Assembly (NCBI GenBank): GCA_036850965.1
Contig: JAZGQO010000014.1
Span: 6,662,208 to 6,726,207 of the forward strand
DNA: 64,000 bases
From: Patella caerulea
Lineage: Eukaryota
Reading direction: 5' to 3'
Shown here: positions 38,401-48,419 of the stretch, one piece after another
How the letters are laid out: the number at the start of each line of letters is the position of its first letter
How positions within the stretch are numbered: position 1 is the stretch's first letter
The notes under the pieces: generated by a model
Database searches by the model: none
Seen by the model: only the letters and a program-made list of their open reading frames with translations
What the model was told of the DNA's origin: nothing
Made by a program: the position numbers and the translations under genes

Positions 38401-39570
38401 TGGTTAGATTATTCAGCAAGCAGGAATTGTCGTTAGAAAATCCATGCCAGCAGAATATTTCCGTCACAATAGCCATGACAGCAGAATGTTTTCATCACAA
38501 CAGTCATATACAGAAAAATTTTTCTTAGCTTGGTTCCAACAGCAGGATTTTCTTTAGATTGGTTTAAACAGCAGAATTTTCTATCGATTGGTTTAAACAG
38601 CAGATTACCCATCCTATAAGGAATTTCGTTAGAATATCCATCACAACAGATTTATTCGGCAGAATAGCCAACACAGCAGACTTATTCGTCAGAATAGCTA
38701 TCACAGCAGAATTTTCTAACTGGAAGAATTGTGGTTAGATTATTCAACAGAGCTGAAATTTTCGTCACAATAGCGATTACAGCAGAATATTTTTATCACA
38801 ATAGCCATGACAGCAGAAGTTGTTTTCGGCTTGGATATCTTTTATAGATTGCTTTAAACAGATGGATTTTTCTTCAGATTATCCATCAAAAAAGTAATTT
38901 CGTTAGATTATAGCGATTAGAGCAGAATATTTTTATCACAATAGCCATGACAGCAGAAGTTGTTTTCGGCTTGGATATCTTCTATAGATTGGGTTAAACA
39001 GCTGGATTTTTCTTCAAATTATCCATCATATCGGGAATTTCGTAAGATTATCTTATTTGGCAGATAACCACCAAAACAGACTTTTCGTCAAAATAGCTAT
39101 CACAGCAGAATTTTCTATAGATTGGTGCCAACAGCAGGAATTGTGATTAGATTATTCAGCAGAGCAGGAATTGCCGTTAGAAAATCCAAGAAGGCAGAAT
39201 ATTTTCGTCACAATAGCCATGACAGCAGCATGTTTTCACCACAACCGCCATACACAGCAAAATTAGTTTTTAGCTTGGTTCCAACAGCAGGATTTTCTAT
39301 AGATTGGTTTAAACAGCAGGATTTTTCTTTTAGATTATCCATCATATCAGGAATTTCATTAGATTATCCATCACAGCAAAATTTTTCGGTAGATAGCCAC
39401 AAAATAGGATTTTTCGACAGAAAAGATACCACAGGAGAATTTTATATAGATTAGTCCCAACAGCAGGAATTGTTGTTAGATTATTCAGCAGAGCAGAATA
39501 TTTTGGTCACAATATAGCCATGACAGCAGCATTTGTTTTCAGCTTGGTTCTTATAGGAGGATTTTGTATG
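29445..39570. repeat. Complex satellite array of ~10.1 kb. Monomers of 29-32 bp are organised into alternating sub-repeats of ~1160 and ~1277 bp, giving a 2434-2435-bp higher-order repeat. A 90-bp foreign segment lies at 38213-38305.
   Basis: - **Monomer:** consensus-like nACAGCAGrATwTTCnnTAGATTnnT.
- **ORF-track periodicity:** near-identical repeat-derived ORFs recur at exact periods: 32188/34622 (2434 bp, 1 aa difference in 105), 31309/33744 (2435 bp), 32375/34809 (2434 bp).
- **Sub-repeat spacing:** the motif CTATAGATTGGTCCAAAAAACAGGAATTGTGGTTAG recurs at 31721, 32998, 34157 and 35433 (spacings 1277, 1159, 1276).
- **Right end:** copies from about 35.5 kb onward are more diverged. Confidence 0.85.
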
Positions 39571-39643
39571 ATAAATTCATCATAAAGTGTTATGCTTTCT
39601 TGTGTTACAGAAAATATTTGCCTACACACTGGGTGTTTCCTTT

Positions 39644-39954
39644 AGAGGGGCCACAGTGGCTCAATGTTCCACTCAGTGTAGACTGACAAAGGTCATCATG
39701 GCATGCTTTTCCGATGTTGTTCCCCCTAATAGGTTAGGACGGAGGGGGGGGGGCTTGGAATTTGAAATAAAGAATAGCATTTTTTTGCAAAGGTCATAAT
39801 GGCATGCTTTTCCGATGTTGTTCTCTCTTGTGAATAGGTTAGGAAGAAGGGGGTGGGTGCTTGGAATTTCAATCATATCACACTGCATGGTGTATACCTG
39901 TCCTAATATGCCAGGTAGGTGTTAAAACTAGGATGTTAAACCCCATTTCATTTC
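39644..39954 (+). mobile_element. tRNA-derived SINE (family B) with an internal ~95-bp tandem duplication at 39688-39870.
   Basis: The head GGGGCCACAGTGGCTCAATG... parallels 57552. The tail GATGTTAAACCCCATTTCATTTC is present. AAAGGTCATmATGGCATGCTTTTCCGATGTTGTTC...TAGGTTAGGA..GGGGG..GCTTGGAATTTsAA is duplicated. Confidence 0.55.
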
Positions 39955-40977
39955 TTTACATCAGATTTGGCCCAAATGCAGCATTTCCCCATACCGCAGA
40001 AAACATTGGGACCTTAATTTGCAAAAGAAAAGAGGCATAACAAAAAGAGTGATTGAAACATGCAGATGTATAACTTTATTTTCATATTTGGTCAACATAA
40101 AATTTGCCTCTCCACAGCATATATTTATTTTGTTCACCACAACAAATACTGTGGATTCTTTCAACAAAATGTTGCATATAAATTATCAAGATTATAAACA
40201 CGGAAGTTGCAATTCTGGAGATATGGTAAATGTAGCATTGCAAATAGAGAGTTTTTCTTGAATCTTCTTTTTAATAGTTTTGTACATAGATATACAACTA
40301 ATTGGAATCCCAGTGCCTGAAAGAATAATGGTAAATAGTCTTCTTTAATAAATGAATTTAATCAGAGTGTAAGTGTACATAAATTAACTAAAATTACAAA
40401 TTACCACCACTACCATCAAAGAATCATCAAATTGGAGACAGTTCCAGATGCAGGTTTACAACACAATGTAATGAAATTTTATAAATACACCTCCACATGA
40501 CACAAACTAGGTCATTTTTGGGAGTAACATAGGGTTCAATATTAGGAGTGGAAGGGAACCAGGAGAATCAGGATTTCAACAATTTGCTTGCGCATTGGGA
40601 GTCTTTAGCACCAGAAGGAAACCAGGAGAATCCAGAAAACCCAGGAAAAACCCAAAATAACCAGTCTGAAAGTTACGTTAAATGGTTTATGAGATAATGC
40701 TTTGTAAATGAAATCTGGGCGGACAAACCTCGTACTATATTCGGCTCAGTATAAAAGGGTTTTACAAGAACAAGAAATTACCTTATTGCGTTAAATCTGC
40801 AGCCTCTTTTCTGCTTTTCTTCTCTCAGGACCGCATGCCTATAATGTTAACGATTGTTATTGTCAATGTTACATACTACATGAAATAAACTTAAATGGGT
40901 TTTAATTTCCAATATGGAGCTAATGAAAACAGGCAAACCCCATGCAATGAGGTTTGAGGGAAATTTTGCCTGGACAT

Positions 40978-41269
40978 GGGGGGGTTGGGATGGCCTAGTG
41001 GTCTAGAGTGCCGCGCTTCGACCTCTAGCTGGCCGGTCACCTCGGGCTTGCGGCTGTGGTTTCAAGTCCTGGTGTGAGCATATGTGGCATGGAGATAGGG
41101 GCGCCTTCTCAACCACGTGGGTTTCCTCCAGGCACTCCGGTTTCCTCCCACTGCTAAAGACCCATACACGCAAGCGAATTATTGAAATAAAATGAAACCA
41201 TATGTTAGTCCCAAAATGACCTAGTTTGTGTTGAGTGGATGTTAAAACCCATTTATTTCTCTCTCTCTC
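40978..41269 (+). mobile_element. tRNA-derived SINE (family A), full length, flanked by a 14-bp target-site duplication TTTTGCCTGGACAT (40964-40977 and ~41270-41283).
   Basis: The head is GGGGGGTTGGGATGGCCTAGTGGTCTAGAG... The core is CGCAAGCGAATTATTGAAATAAAATGAAACCATATGTTAGTCCCAAAATGACCTAGTTTGTGT. The tail is a (TC)n run. An identical 14-mer lies on both flanks. The insertion site lies inside a family-B SINE fragment (GAGGGAAATTTTGCC at 40952-40972). Confidence 0.75.
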
Positions 41270-41384
41270 TTTTGCCTGGACATAGGTGCTATCAAACACA
41301 GGATGACCATGTCTAGCTATTGCTAACCACACTTTACACACTGAGACTTAGGAGCTCCCAATATTATAGAAATAAAATGAGGTA

Positions 41385-41640
41385 TAATGTCCTATGTACT
41401 GCTCTGACTGCTATGAGGGATATTTTGCCTAGACAGTGGTGTTACGGCCTACACTTATATCCAATTCCAACTGGCAAAGGAACTTTTATGTACACGTCAA
41501 TGTGTACACTGGACCTCTGTTAATCTTTGCATCCCAACAACTAGGCAGTTGTCCTTGTCAGGCGCTATGTTCTGCACCACTCACTAACATGAGTCAACAC
41601 TGGGAACTAATGATGGGTACTTTATCATTTTTAGTATTAT
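41385..41640 (-). mobile_element. Partial family-B SINE (internal region).
   Basis: CTATGAGGGAtATTTTGCC...ATGTGTACA...AACTAGGCAGtTGTCCTTgTCAGGC is collinear with 3846-4010. Confidence 0.45.
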
Positions 41641-42134
41641 AGGCTGAATTGCTGTCAAAGGATAAAACCACTTACATCAATTTCTACTTTGACATTAGAT
41701 TTTTTAATAGACTATCAGAGCATCATCCTGAAGAAAAAAGAAAATAGAACAAAATTAAATTGTAAATAAATGAAGCTTTATAAAGATGCATTGTTACTTA
41801 GACTATTTAAGCTTTGCTTAACTTGCCAAGCATGTGGCATTATCAACTCTCAAGTCCGTTGACCCATCAGCCATGACCCCTGTCAATAATAATAGTGCCA
41901 AATAACAATTGATACCTTGGGTACCGTAACATTACAAATTAGGTGAAGGTGAAAATAAAAATAAAAATGGAATTTTAACGCCACTCTTCAGGTAATGGCA
42001 TAGCATGCCATTGCATTTTACTAGTTTATGCCCTATCCAGAAAAAATGTCAACATTTGAACATTGTTTTTTCATCTTTTTGAACTACAAGAAATCGCAGT
42101 TTGACTTGAGCCATTTCGCCATTTGCCAAGGGAT

Positions 42135-42300
42135 CATTTACGTCACATGCGCATCAATGACAATGTATTGACGGAACCTTTGTTTTACGTCCCATCCGAA
42201 AGACTACACAGTTGTCCCTGTCAGACCCTCCGTCGATCAGCACTGACAAGAGGAAGTAACGTCGGAAAATCTCGATGAACTTCTCAATTCTCGCCCACTG
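42135..42300 (-). mobile_element. Partial family-B SINE (head-proximal part).
   Basis: CGTCCCATCCGAAaGACTAcaCAGtTGTCCcTgTCAGaCCCTCCGTcgaTCAgCACTGACAAGaGGAA parallels 3960-4030. Confidence 0.4.
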
Positions 42301-42944
42301 ACCAATACCGCCCGGTACAATTATTGTATTACAATATGGAAAGACATATTTACAGGCCAAACGACCGTACTATATATCGATATCAAAAGACACTTCCTAC
42401 CTGGTGCATTGAAATTCCTGGTGTTTCGAGTTATACATTGTGTCGTCACGTGTACTTTTGTCGCTTTCATTTATTTCTCAGCTTCCTAAATGCATTAAAC
42501 AGCTTGTACATCACAATTGTCGGTAGTTAAACGGGTATCGCAATTCGCTGGTGAAGCGAGCTGCTAACGCGACCTTCACCGATCATGTCAAGGCGTGGTC
42601 ATGCTTCTTAATTCCCGCCTACAAACGCGTTAGAATTACTGCTCATCTAGTTATTGGTAGCTCCTCCCCTTTTTTATATTTAGATAGATACGGTATAGCA
42701 TCAACCAAATCAAACGGCGTGTGTAGACTGGATAACCAGACGCTAGAAATTTGCATTCGATTGATACTGCTGGCTTATTTCGCCGAACTGATTTGAAATC
42801 AGAGTAAAAACGGAAACCGTTGAATGCAAATATATACATTCATATTACAGTATTATATGCGTTGCGAACCACCTGTGTCAATTTCTAGTTCCAAAATGTT
42901 AGCGATTTAGCTCCTTATACCATTATAACTTTTTATAAAACTTT

Positions 42945-43061
42945 TGCTGTTTTAATGCATCAAACATTTTGTGTTTCTGGAACAAAGATATTTCTCATAA
43001 ACAGTGCTTAATTGCGTAAATTCTTAACTTAAGTCTGGGAATGTTTTGTGAATTCGAGGCC
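42945..43061. mobile_element. Right terminal ~120 bp of a MITE-family element (...CTTAACTTAAGTCTGGGAATGTTTTGTGAATTCGAGGCC). The left part is absent.
   Basis: Nearly identical to the right end of the MITE at 8600-8718, including the subterminal CTGGAwCAAAGATATTTCT..AAACAGTG. Confidence 0.5.
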
Positions 43062-43273
43062 GGGTCGCTGTAAGCTTCAGTCTAGCTTCTATAGGGTGGT
43101 CTAAAGGGGTGTGCCTCCTTTTGGATCCCAGGGCCAATCCTCTGGAGGAGCTCACCAAGCTTTTGAGGTGCCATTCTGACATAGTTGTTGACAGACTTCA
43201 TCTTCCACCCCCAGTTCTTCCATTAGTCTGTTGTACATGTAGTGGCAAAATTCTAGCCATCTATAGGGTGTAG

Positions 43274-43335
43274 GCCATGGTCGAACCTACCAGCGCCCTG
43301 GAGTTCACTAACTTCTCCTCACGTTCTCAGCTACC
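43274..43335. mobile_element. Solo left-type MITE terminus (GGCCATGGTCG..CCCTGGAGTTCACTAACTTCTCCTCACGTTCTCAG), head-to-head with the right terminus at 43061 and 236 bp from it.
   Basis: Matches the left-TIR pattern GGCC..GAGTTCAC.AA..TTCTCAG; no paired right end follows. Confidence 0.35.
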
Positions 43336-44109
43336 AACTGAATTTGGCATATGTTCGTAAACAATTCGTTATATTTGTAACTCATTCGTAACTAAATCAC
43401 TTCAATTCCTAGACGATTAAATTTATTTAGTACCTTTATCGAAACCCTATCTTGACATCCGCATATTTTTGACCGTATTAACCACGAATTATCGTATCTC
43501 TTTCGTAAACTATTCGTAACTGCTTCGTATCTACTCACTAGTTCTGCACGCGAGAAGCGCCATTTTTATTCAACACTATTTGTGGCGATTCATGGCATTC
43601 GTAGCCCACGTGAAAGCGGACAATAAATGAGGCGCCCGCGAAAAGTTCAACAGGCTCCACAGTCAACATTGCAACACACCTGGTAATCCTTGACTGCATA
43701 AGTGGAACTATTTTTTAAAGATGTAAGATGTGGTAAAATTAAGATCAAAAACGCTTACAAAACGAGCATTTAATTGTTGTTCAATATTGGTCGTGGGTAT
43801 GTGACGCAGTTTTTTGTCAAATATTTTTTGCAAGGTAAAAATTTTCACAGAGCCACAAACCTCTTTTGTCTGAACGTGTCATAGAGTAAAATAAAAATGC
43901 CCCGAACCTCGTCATTCCTCCGATATAGACATGACGAAATTTCTAAATGATTCTTGATAGAATTGTAATCTATTTGACAATTTTAGTACGGTTAGTCCTA
44001 AGTGTGTCATTAATTTTCCGGTCTTTTTGATGGGTGACGATTTAAATTGTCATTAACGCGAAAGAGAGCTTTGAATCCACATTTTAATTATTTCAAGCTT
44101 ATAAAAACT

Positions 44110-44268
44110 GAAATGAAATGGGGCTGAACATTCTTCTGTTTTACACACAAGTTACAAGAGTTCTTTTATGTAGCTAGTGTACACAGGATATCAGCGTTTC
44201 GTACCATCCGAATGACTAGACACTGTTCCTCACATTTAGGCCCTTCACACGGCATGGCTAACAAAGAG
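44110..44268 (-). mobile_element. 5'-truncated family-B SINE, ~400 bp upstream of the WDCP start codon.
   Basis: The reverse complement of the tail, GAAATGAAATGGGGcTGAAC, starts the element. It continues with ...CGTTTCGTaCCATCCGAAtGACTAGaCAcTGTtCCT. Confidence 0.5.
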
Positions 44269-44282
44269 AAACCATGTTGGAC

Positions 44283-44400
44283 AATCTTAGATTCTGTTGT
44301 CCTGGCTTTGAAAAGGATATTTCTTTTCACTGCTCTTGAGATTGCATAATCTTAGATTCTCTTGTCCCCGCTTTGAAAAGGATACTTCTTATATTCACTG
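44283..44400. repeat. Tandem duplication, ~58 bp x2 (AATCTTAGATTCTnTTGTCCnnGCTTTGAAAAGGATAnTTCTT..TCACTGCT).
   Basis: Direct read of two adjacent units. Confidence 0.55.
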
Positions 44401-44663
44401 CTTGGTTAATGAAATGAACGACCGGACAATCAAGACTTTAAAATACCACGTGGGTTTGTTATGAAGAGCTTCACTGACAAGTTGATATTTCAGGTCAACA
44501 CATTCGAAGCAGAATTTTACCGCGGAAAGGCGAGGGATTTTAGTGTTAACGACAGGTGTGTTGGGACATTTACAACGACATGAAGCATTGAGTTTTTAAT
44601 TAGGTGTATTTCAACTAATGTATTTAGTTTGCAAGAAAAGTAGCTGTGTATATAGATGTAGAA

Positions 44664-44718
44664 ATGGAGTTAGGAAAAGCATTGATGAAAGAGAATAATG
44701 TGAATGCTCTCAGTAAAG
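44664..44718 (+). CDS. WDCP: WDCP-like gene, first coding exon (start codon through MELGKALMKENNVNALSK, phase-1 donor).
   Basis: ATG at 44664. The donor G|gtgggt is at 44719. The N-terminal sequence MELGK...NAL matches the conserved start of WD repeat and coiled-coil containing protein (C2orf44), recalled from memory. Confidence 0.6.
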
Positions 44719-45179
44719 GTGGGTCATATTATGAACAGTATTATTAACCTTCCTGTATTCATTTTTACTCAGCTTCTCAGTCATGGGTTTATGAATTTGA
44801 GGTATGACATTCCTAAATAGTTAATGTGTGTATATAGCCAGGCCTAGAAAAACAAAAGTCACTTTGATTTTACTTTCTTTTTAATTTAAAACCCCCTTGG
44901 TTTAATCATGGACCTTATAATGGTTTAATTTGACTGAGATACATTACAATGTGTATTAAAGATGTTTTAAGTTTGCCGTTTCAAGTTACTATGTTTAAGT
45001 GGGTTTTGACATGGTTTTTTTTTTTTGTTTGCTCTTCGAACATTCAATTGAAACAACAGTTATTAGTTACCGTTATGTTTCTATTAAGTTCTAGTTACTT
45101 TAAGTAAGGTAAATTGCTTGGAGAGCTGAATAGTTAGTGCTTGCGCATTGTATCAAAAGGTCTGTCATTTGAGTTAACT

Positions 45180-45310
45180 GGCATGGTTTTGATTCCTCTG
45201 TTGTATGTGACATGGAGTAAGGTCGGCTGTTTCAGTTCACATGCCATGAAATTAGAATTCAAAGTGAAAGTTCCTACCTAGTAAAATGCCATGGCTAACA
45301 AAGCCGAGGT
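45180..45310 (+). mobile_element. Partial family-A-related SINE fragment.
   Basis: TGTGACATGGAGTAAGGTC...TTTCAGTTCACATGCCATGAAATTAG parallels 52905-52960 of the copy at 52845-53100. Confidence 0.3.
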
Positions 45311-46847
45311 AGAACAAGTGATACATTACCTGCCAAAATATAATTGAACAAATGAAACAATGTTTAACTCAAATATCTTTATGTTAAACAAATCCATCTT
45401 ATTCAACAATTATGGGAGTTGAAGATAGGATAACATAGTAAGTGGTTTATTACTAATCATTGATGTTCCTTGATTTTTTAGATATAGTCATAGTGCTTGA
45501 TTGACTGTGCCCCTGGCTACCCCCCCACCCTTTTCATTTTATAATAATACATGTTAACATAAGTGAAATGAAGAAATCTATGGGATTACTGCGATTTCTG
45601 ATATTGCCTTGATTCTTGAACCTACCTTAAACTTGGTACCTTATTATTTTTGTGTCAATGGGTGAAGGATTGTGAGGATATGTTCCTCCCATTTCTTAAT
45701 CTATCAAGGTGCCCAACCTCAATCATCCTTCAACATGCACACACACACCGGCACACACACCGTCGGTCACCACACACACATATTTTATTCATTGCGGGTC
45801 AGAAGAAGAAGATCTTATCTTCTCCCACTTTTTATCTGGATATTGCTATGTACAACTAGACATTAAACTTTACTAACAAGCATGAAGGTATTTATGCAAA
45901 CTATTTTGATAATAAATTATGTTGTTAATGATTTGATATACTTATGACAACTTCAAGAAGAAAAGTTTGATGTATGCTAGTAGTATATTAACTTAAAACG
46001 TCATATAAATGTAATCTTACACAGTCATTCCAAAAAATACTGCATAAACTTTAAGTGCCGTTTTTTACCTTGAGGCTATAAAAATTATAATACTTCATTG
46101 ACTTTTAACTGTAGTTTGTCATGTAAGAATTTATTGTGTGTAGTAGTAGTTGGCTATAGGAGCATTTGTCTGGTTTTAAAGATATTAAGTCTGATCTTCT
46201 TTACATAAGGTCTTTACATTGAGTCCACCAAGTATCTATAAGGCTTTCACCACTTCAGTGGTCAAGACATCAATCATAATACATTCCTCATTATTGAAGT
46301 ATGTTACAACTATCCAATAATGGTTAATATTAGGTAGCATGTATATAATATAATGCCTATTGTTGGTGATTATGTCTGCAGATTGCAGAAGAATGGAAAT
46401 GAAAAGCATCCCTTTTTCTGCCAATAAATATATTTTATTACAATGTACATTAATTAGACTGGGTTTGTTTTAGTGCTTTGTTGTGAGGTAGTCTATTGAT
46501 TGGTCATACATTGAAAGTAAAATATGAATAGTTGTCAATTTTAGTAGAAATTTATTTTAAGTTTGGTGTAAGTTTTTGATTGAATTAAACAGCTGTGCAT
46601 TCTACATATTGATTTATCAGAATAGAATATTTATGTTATTTCTGGTAAATTGATTGAGCCTTACAGCAGTAGTTATTTTAAATTGCAGTATTCGAGAATC
46701 TGTCATAATTCTATTTATCAGTGCCGTTACATGTGTATTGAAATGATTTATTTTTAAATTTAAACCCTTGACATATTGCTACTCTTTTCAATTGTTAATA
46801 ATATATAATTTGAAGTCAACATATTTCTGTTCTATTATTTATTTCAG

Positions 46848-46965
46848 CAATTCATCCGCGACATGGCTTGGTATGGTCTGATGGTAAAGCTATATATCTT
46901 GTCCCTCTTATTATATCATCGAATACATTACAAAATACAACATCAAATAGACTAGGAGAGTTTGA
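46848..46965 (+). CDS. WDCP: WDCP-like exon 2 (A IHPRHGLVWSDGKAIYLVPLIISSNTLQNTTSNRLGEFE).
   Basis: The acceptor tttcag is at 46842-46847. The reading frame is kept with the 1-nt carry from exon 1. The donor is GA|gtaagt. The motif HP.HGL.W.DG is conserved in the WDCP N-terminus. Confidence 0.6.
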
Positions 46966-48419
46966 GTAAGTTAAATTTAGTTTTTATTTGCCAACATTTA
47001 CTGTGGATATATATTGTTATCACCTATGTCTATAAGTCCGTCCAACATTTCTTTCAAATGCTCTACACACAACAGTTGGATTTATTAAAAGATTTGCAGT
47101 CATAAATTTTTTGATTGCAATGAACAGCTTTATTGAAGATTCTGAATTACAGAGTTATCTCTGAATTTTCCTTCAAACTTATGAAATCTTGTGTAAGTGA
47201 ACTACTCCGCAAAGTTTAGGTCCTGTTTCTCTCTGCATATTACAAATGTATGTGATACAGAGAAGTTACCAATCCTATATATTTCAGTTGAAATAATTTC
47301 TGTTACTGTATGTATGCACCTAGTCTAGTAAACTCAAATCATGGTCACACATATTTTACTACATTCAATTAGTCATCCACTTTGTATGCATATAGGAATT
47401 TTGAAAATACAGTGTGCATTATGAAAATTGGGTGGAGACCAACCTGCTAAAGAGTTTGTCTATGCCAAATACTAAACCTGTAGGCAAGATAAGGAGAATG
47501 TTAAATGTAGTGGCTTGATCTCTCAAAATTAGGTGAAGAATTTACACAACTCTATATAGTCGAGGTAGTTTATATTCTGAAATAATAAATGACCGGATTG
47601 TTTCACTTTTATGTAATATGATCATTGTTTGTCGTCTGCAGCAGTTTTATTCTCCTCAGTTGACCATTGTTTGACAATTATCCATTATCTACCTTCACAT
47701 TGTCATGTAATGTAAATGACCTGTGACTGACAGGTAACCTACGTCAATGTTTGACAGACAAGTAACAGTACAGGTGTACACCCTTTGTAATCAGAGAAAA
47801 CATTATTAAAGAATTTGAATTATCTGTTTAACCTATAGATGTACTGTGATATTTTTAAATGACTGTATGTACATGTATATTCAGAGCATTGGTAGACGGT
47901 ATATCCACACTAATGAGTGTATGAAGTGTGACATCAATAAACAATTTTCAAATCAGTTCAAGACTTGTTTTCTTGACTTGAATCAAAAGATAAATATATC
48001 AGCTTGTGGAAAATAGTAACAGGAAGATAAAATAAAGCACATTTATTGAAAAATATTGTTTTGAAGTCGTTTCCTGAAAATTGCTTGGTTGTGACTTTGA
48101 CATTTTAAAATCTCATATTTATTCAATAAAATGAATGATCATTTGATACAATTGTTTTTTTTATGTGTATTTGTCCCTATATTTTACATATGTATATATA
48201 TATATAATAGAATTGTTTAACAAAAGTAAGATAAACACAAGTTTGACACAGCTGAATGAACATATGATTTCAAGGAAATATAAATTTTTTTCACTGTTTA
48301 TCTAAGTGGAAAAATGTTTTGTCAAAGCCTTATTTAAAACTAAAATGCATCACTAATACGACTTTTAATGACTTCTGTAACAACATTGTAAGCAAAATCA
48401 AAATTAATGGAATTTTTAT

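Noticed and set aside
30590-39454. Many 62-110-aa ORFs in the six-frame track (for example 32188-32505, 34622-34939, 39122-39454) with recurring peptide motifs such as FSIDWFKQQDFL.
   Set aside because: They lie entirely inside the satellite and recur at the repeat period. Some use TTG starts. Their similarity to each other reflects DNA repeat identity, not a gene family.
29445-39570. Possible CRISPR array (regular short repeats).
   Set aside because: This is eukaryotic DNA and the repeats are contiguous degenerate monomers with no unique spacers. No cas genes are present. It is a satellite.
41003-41341. 112-aa minus-strand ORF.
   Set aside because: It lies wholly within the family-A SINE at 40978-41269 and its TSD. 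SINE bodies are GC-richer and often carry chance ORFs.
47128-47192. 65-nt candidate exon (acceptor gaacag, donor gtaagt) that would fit the missing phase 2-to-1 WDCP exon by length.
   Set aside because: Translating with the required carry gives an in-frame TGA.
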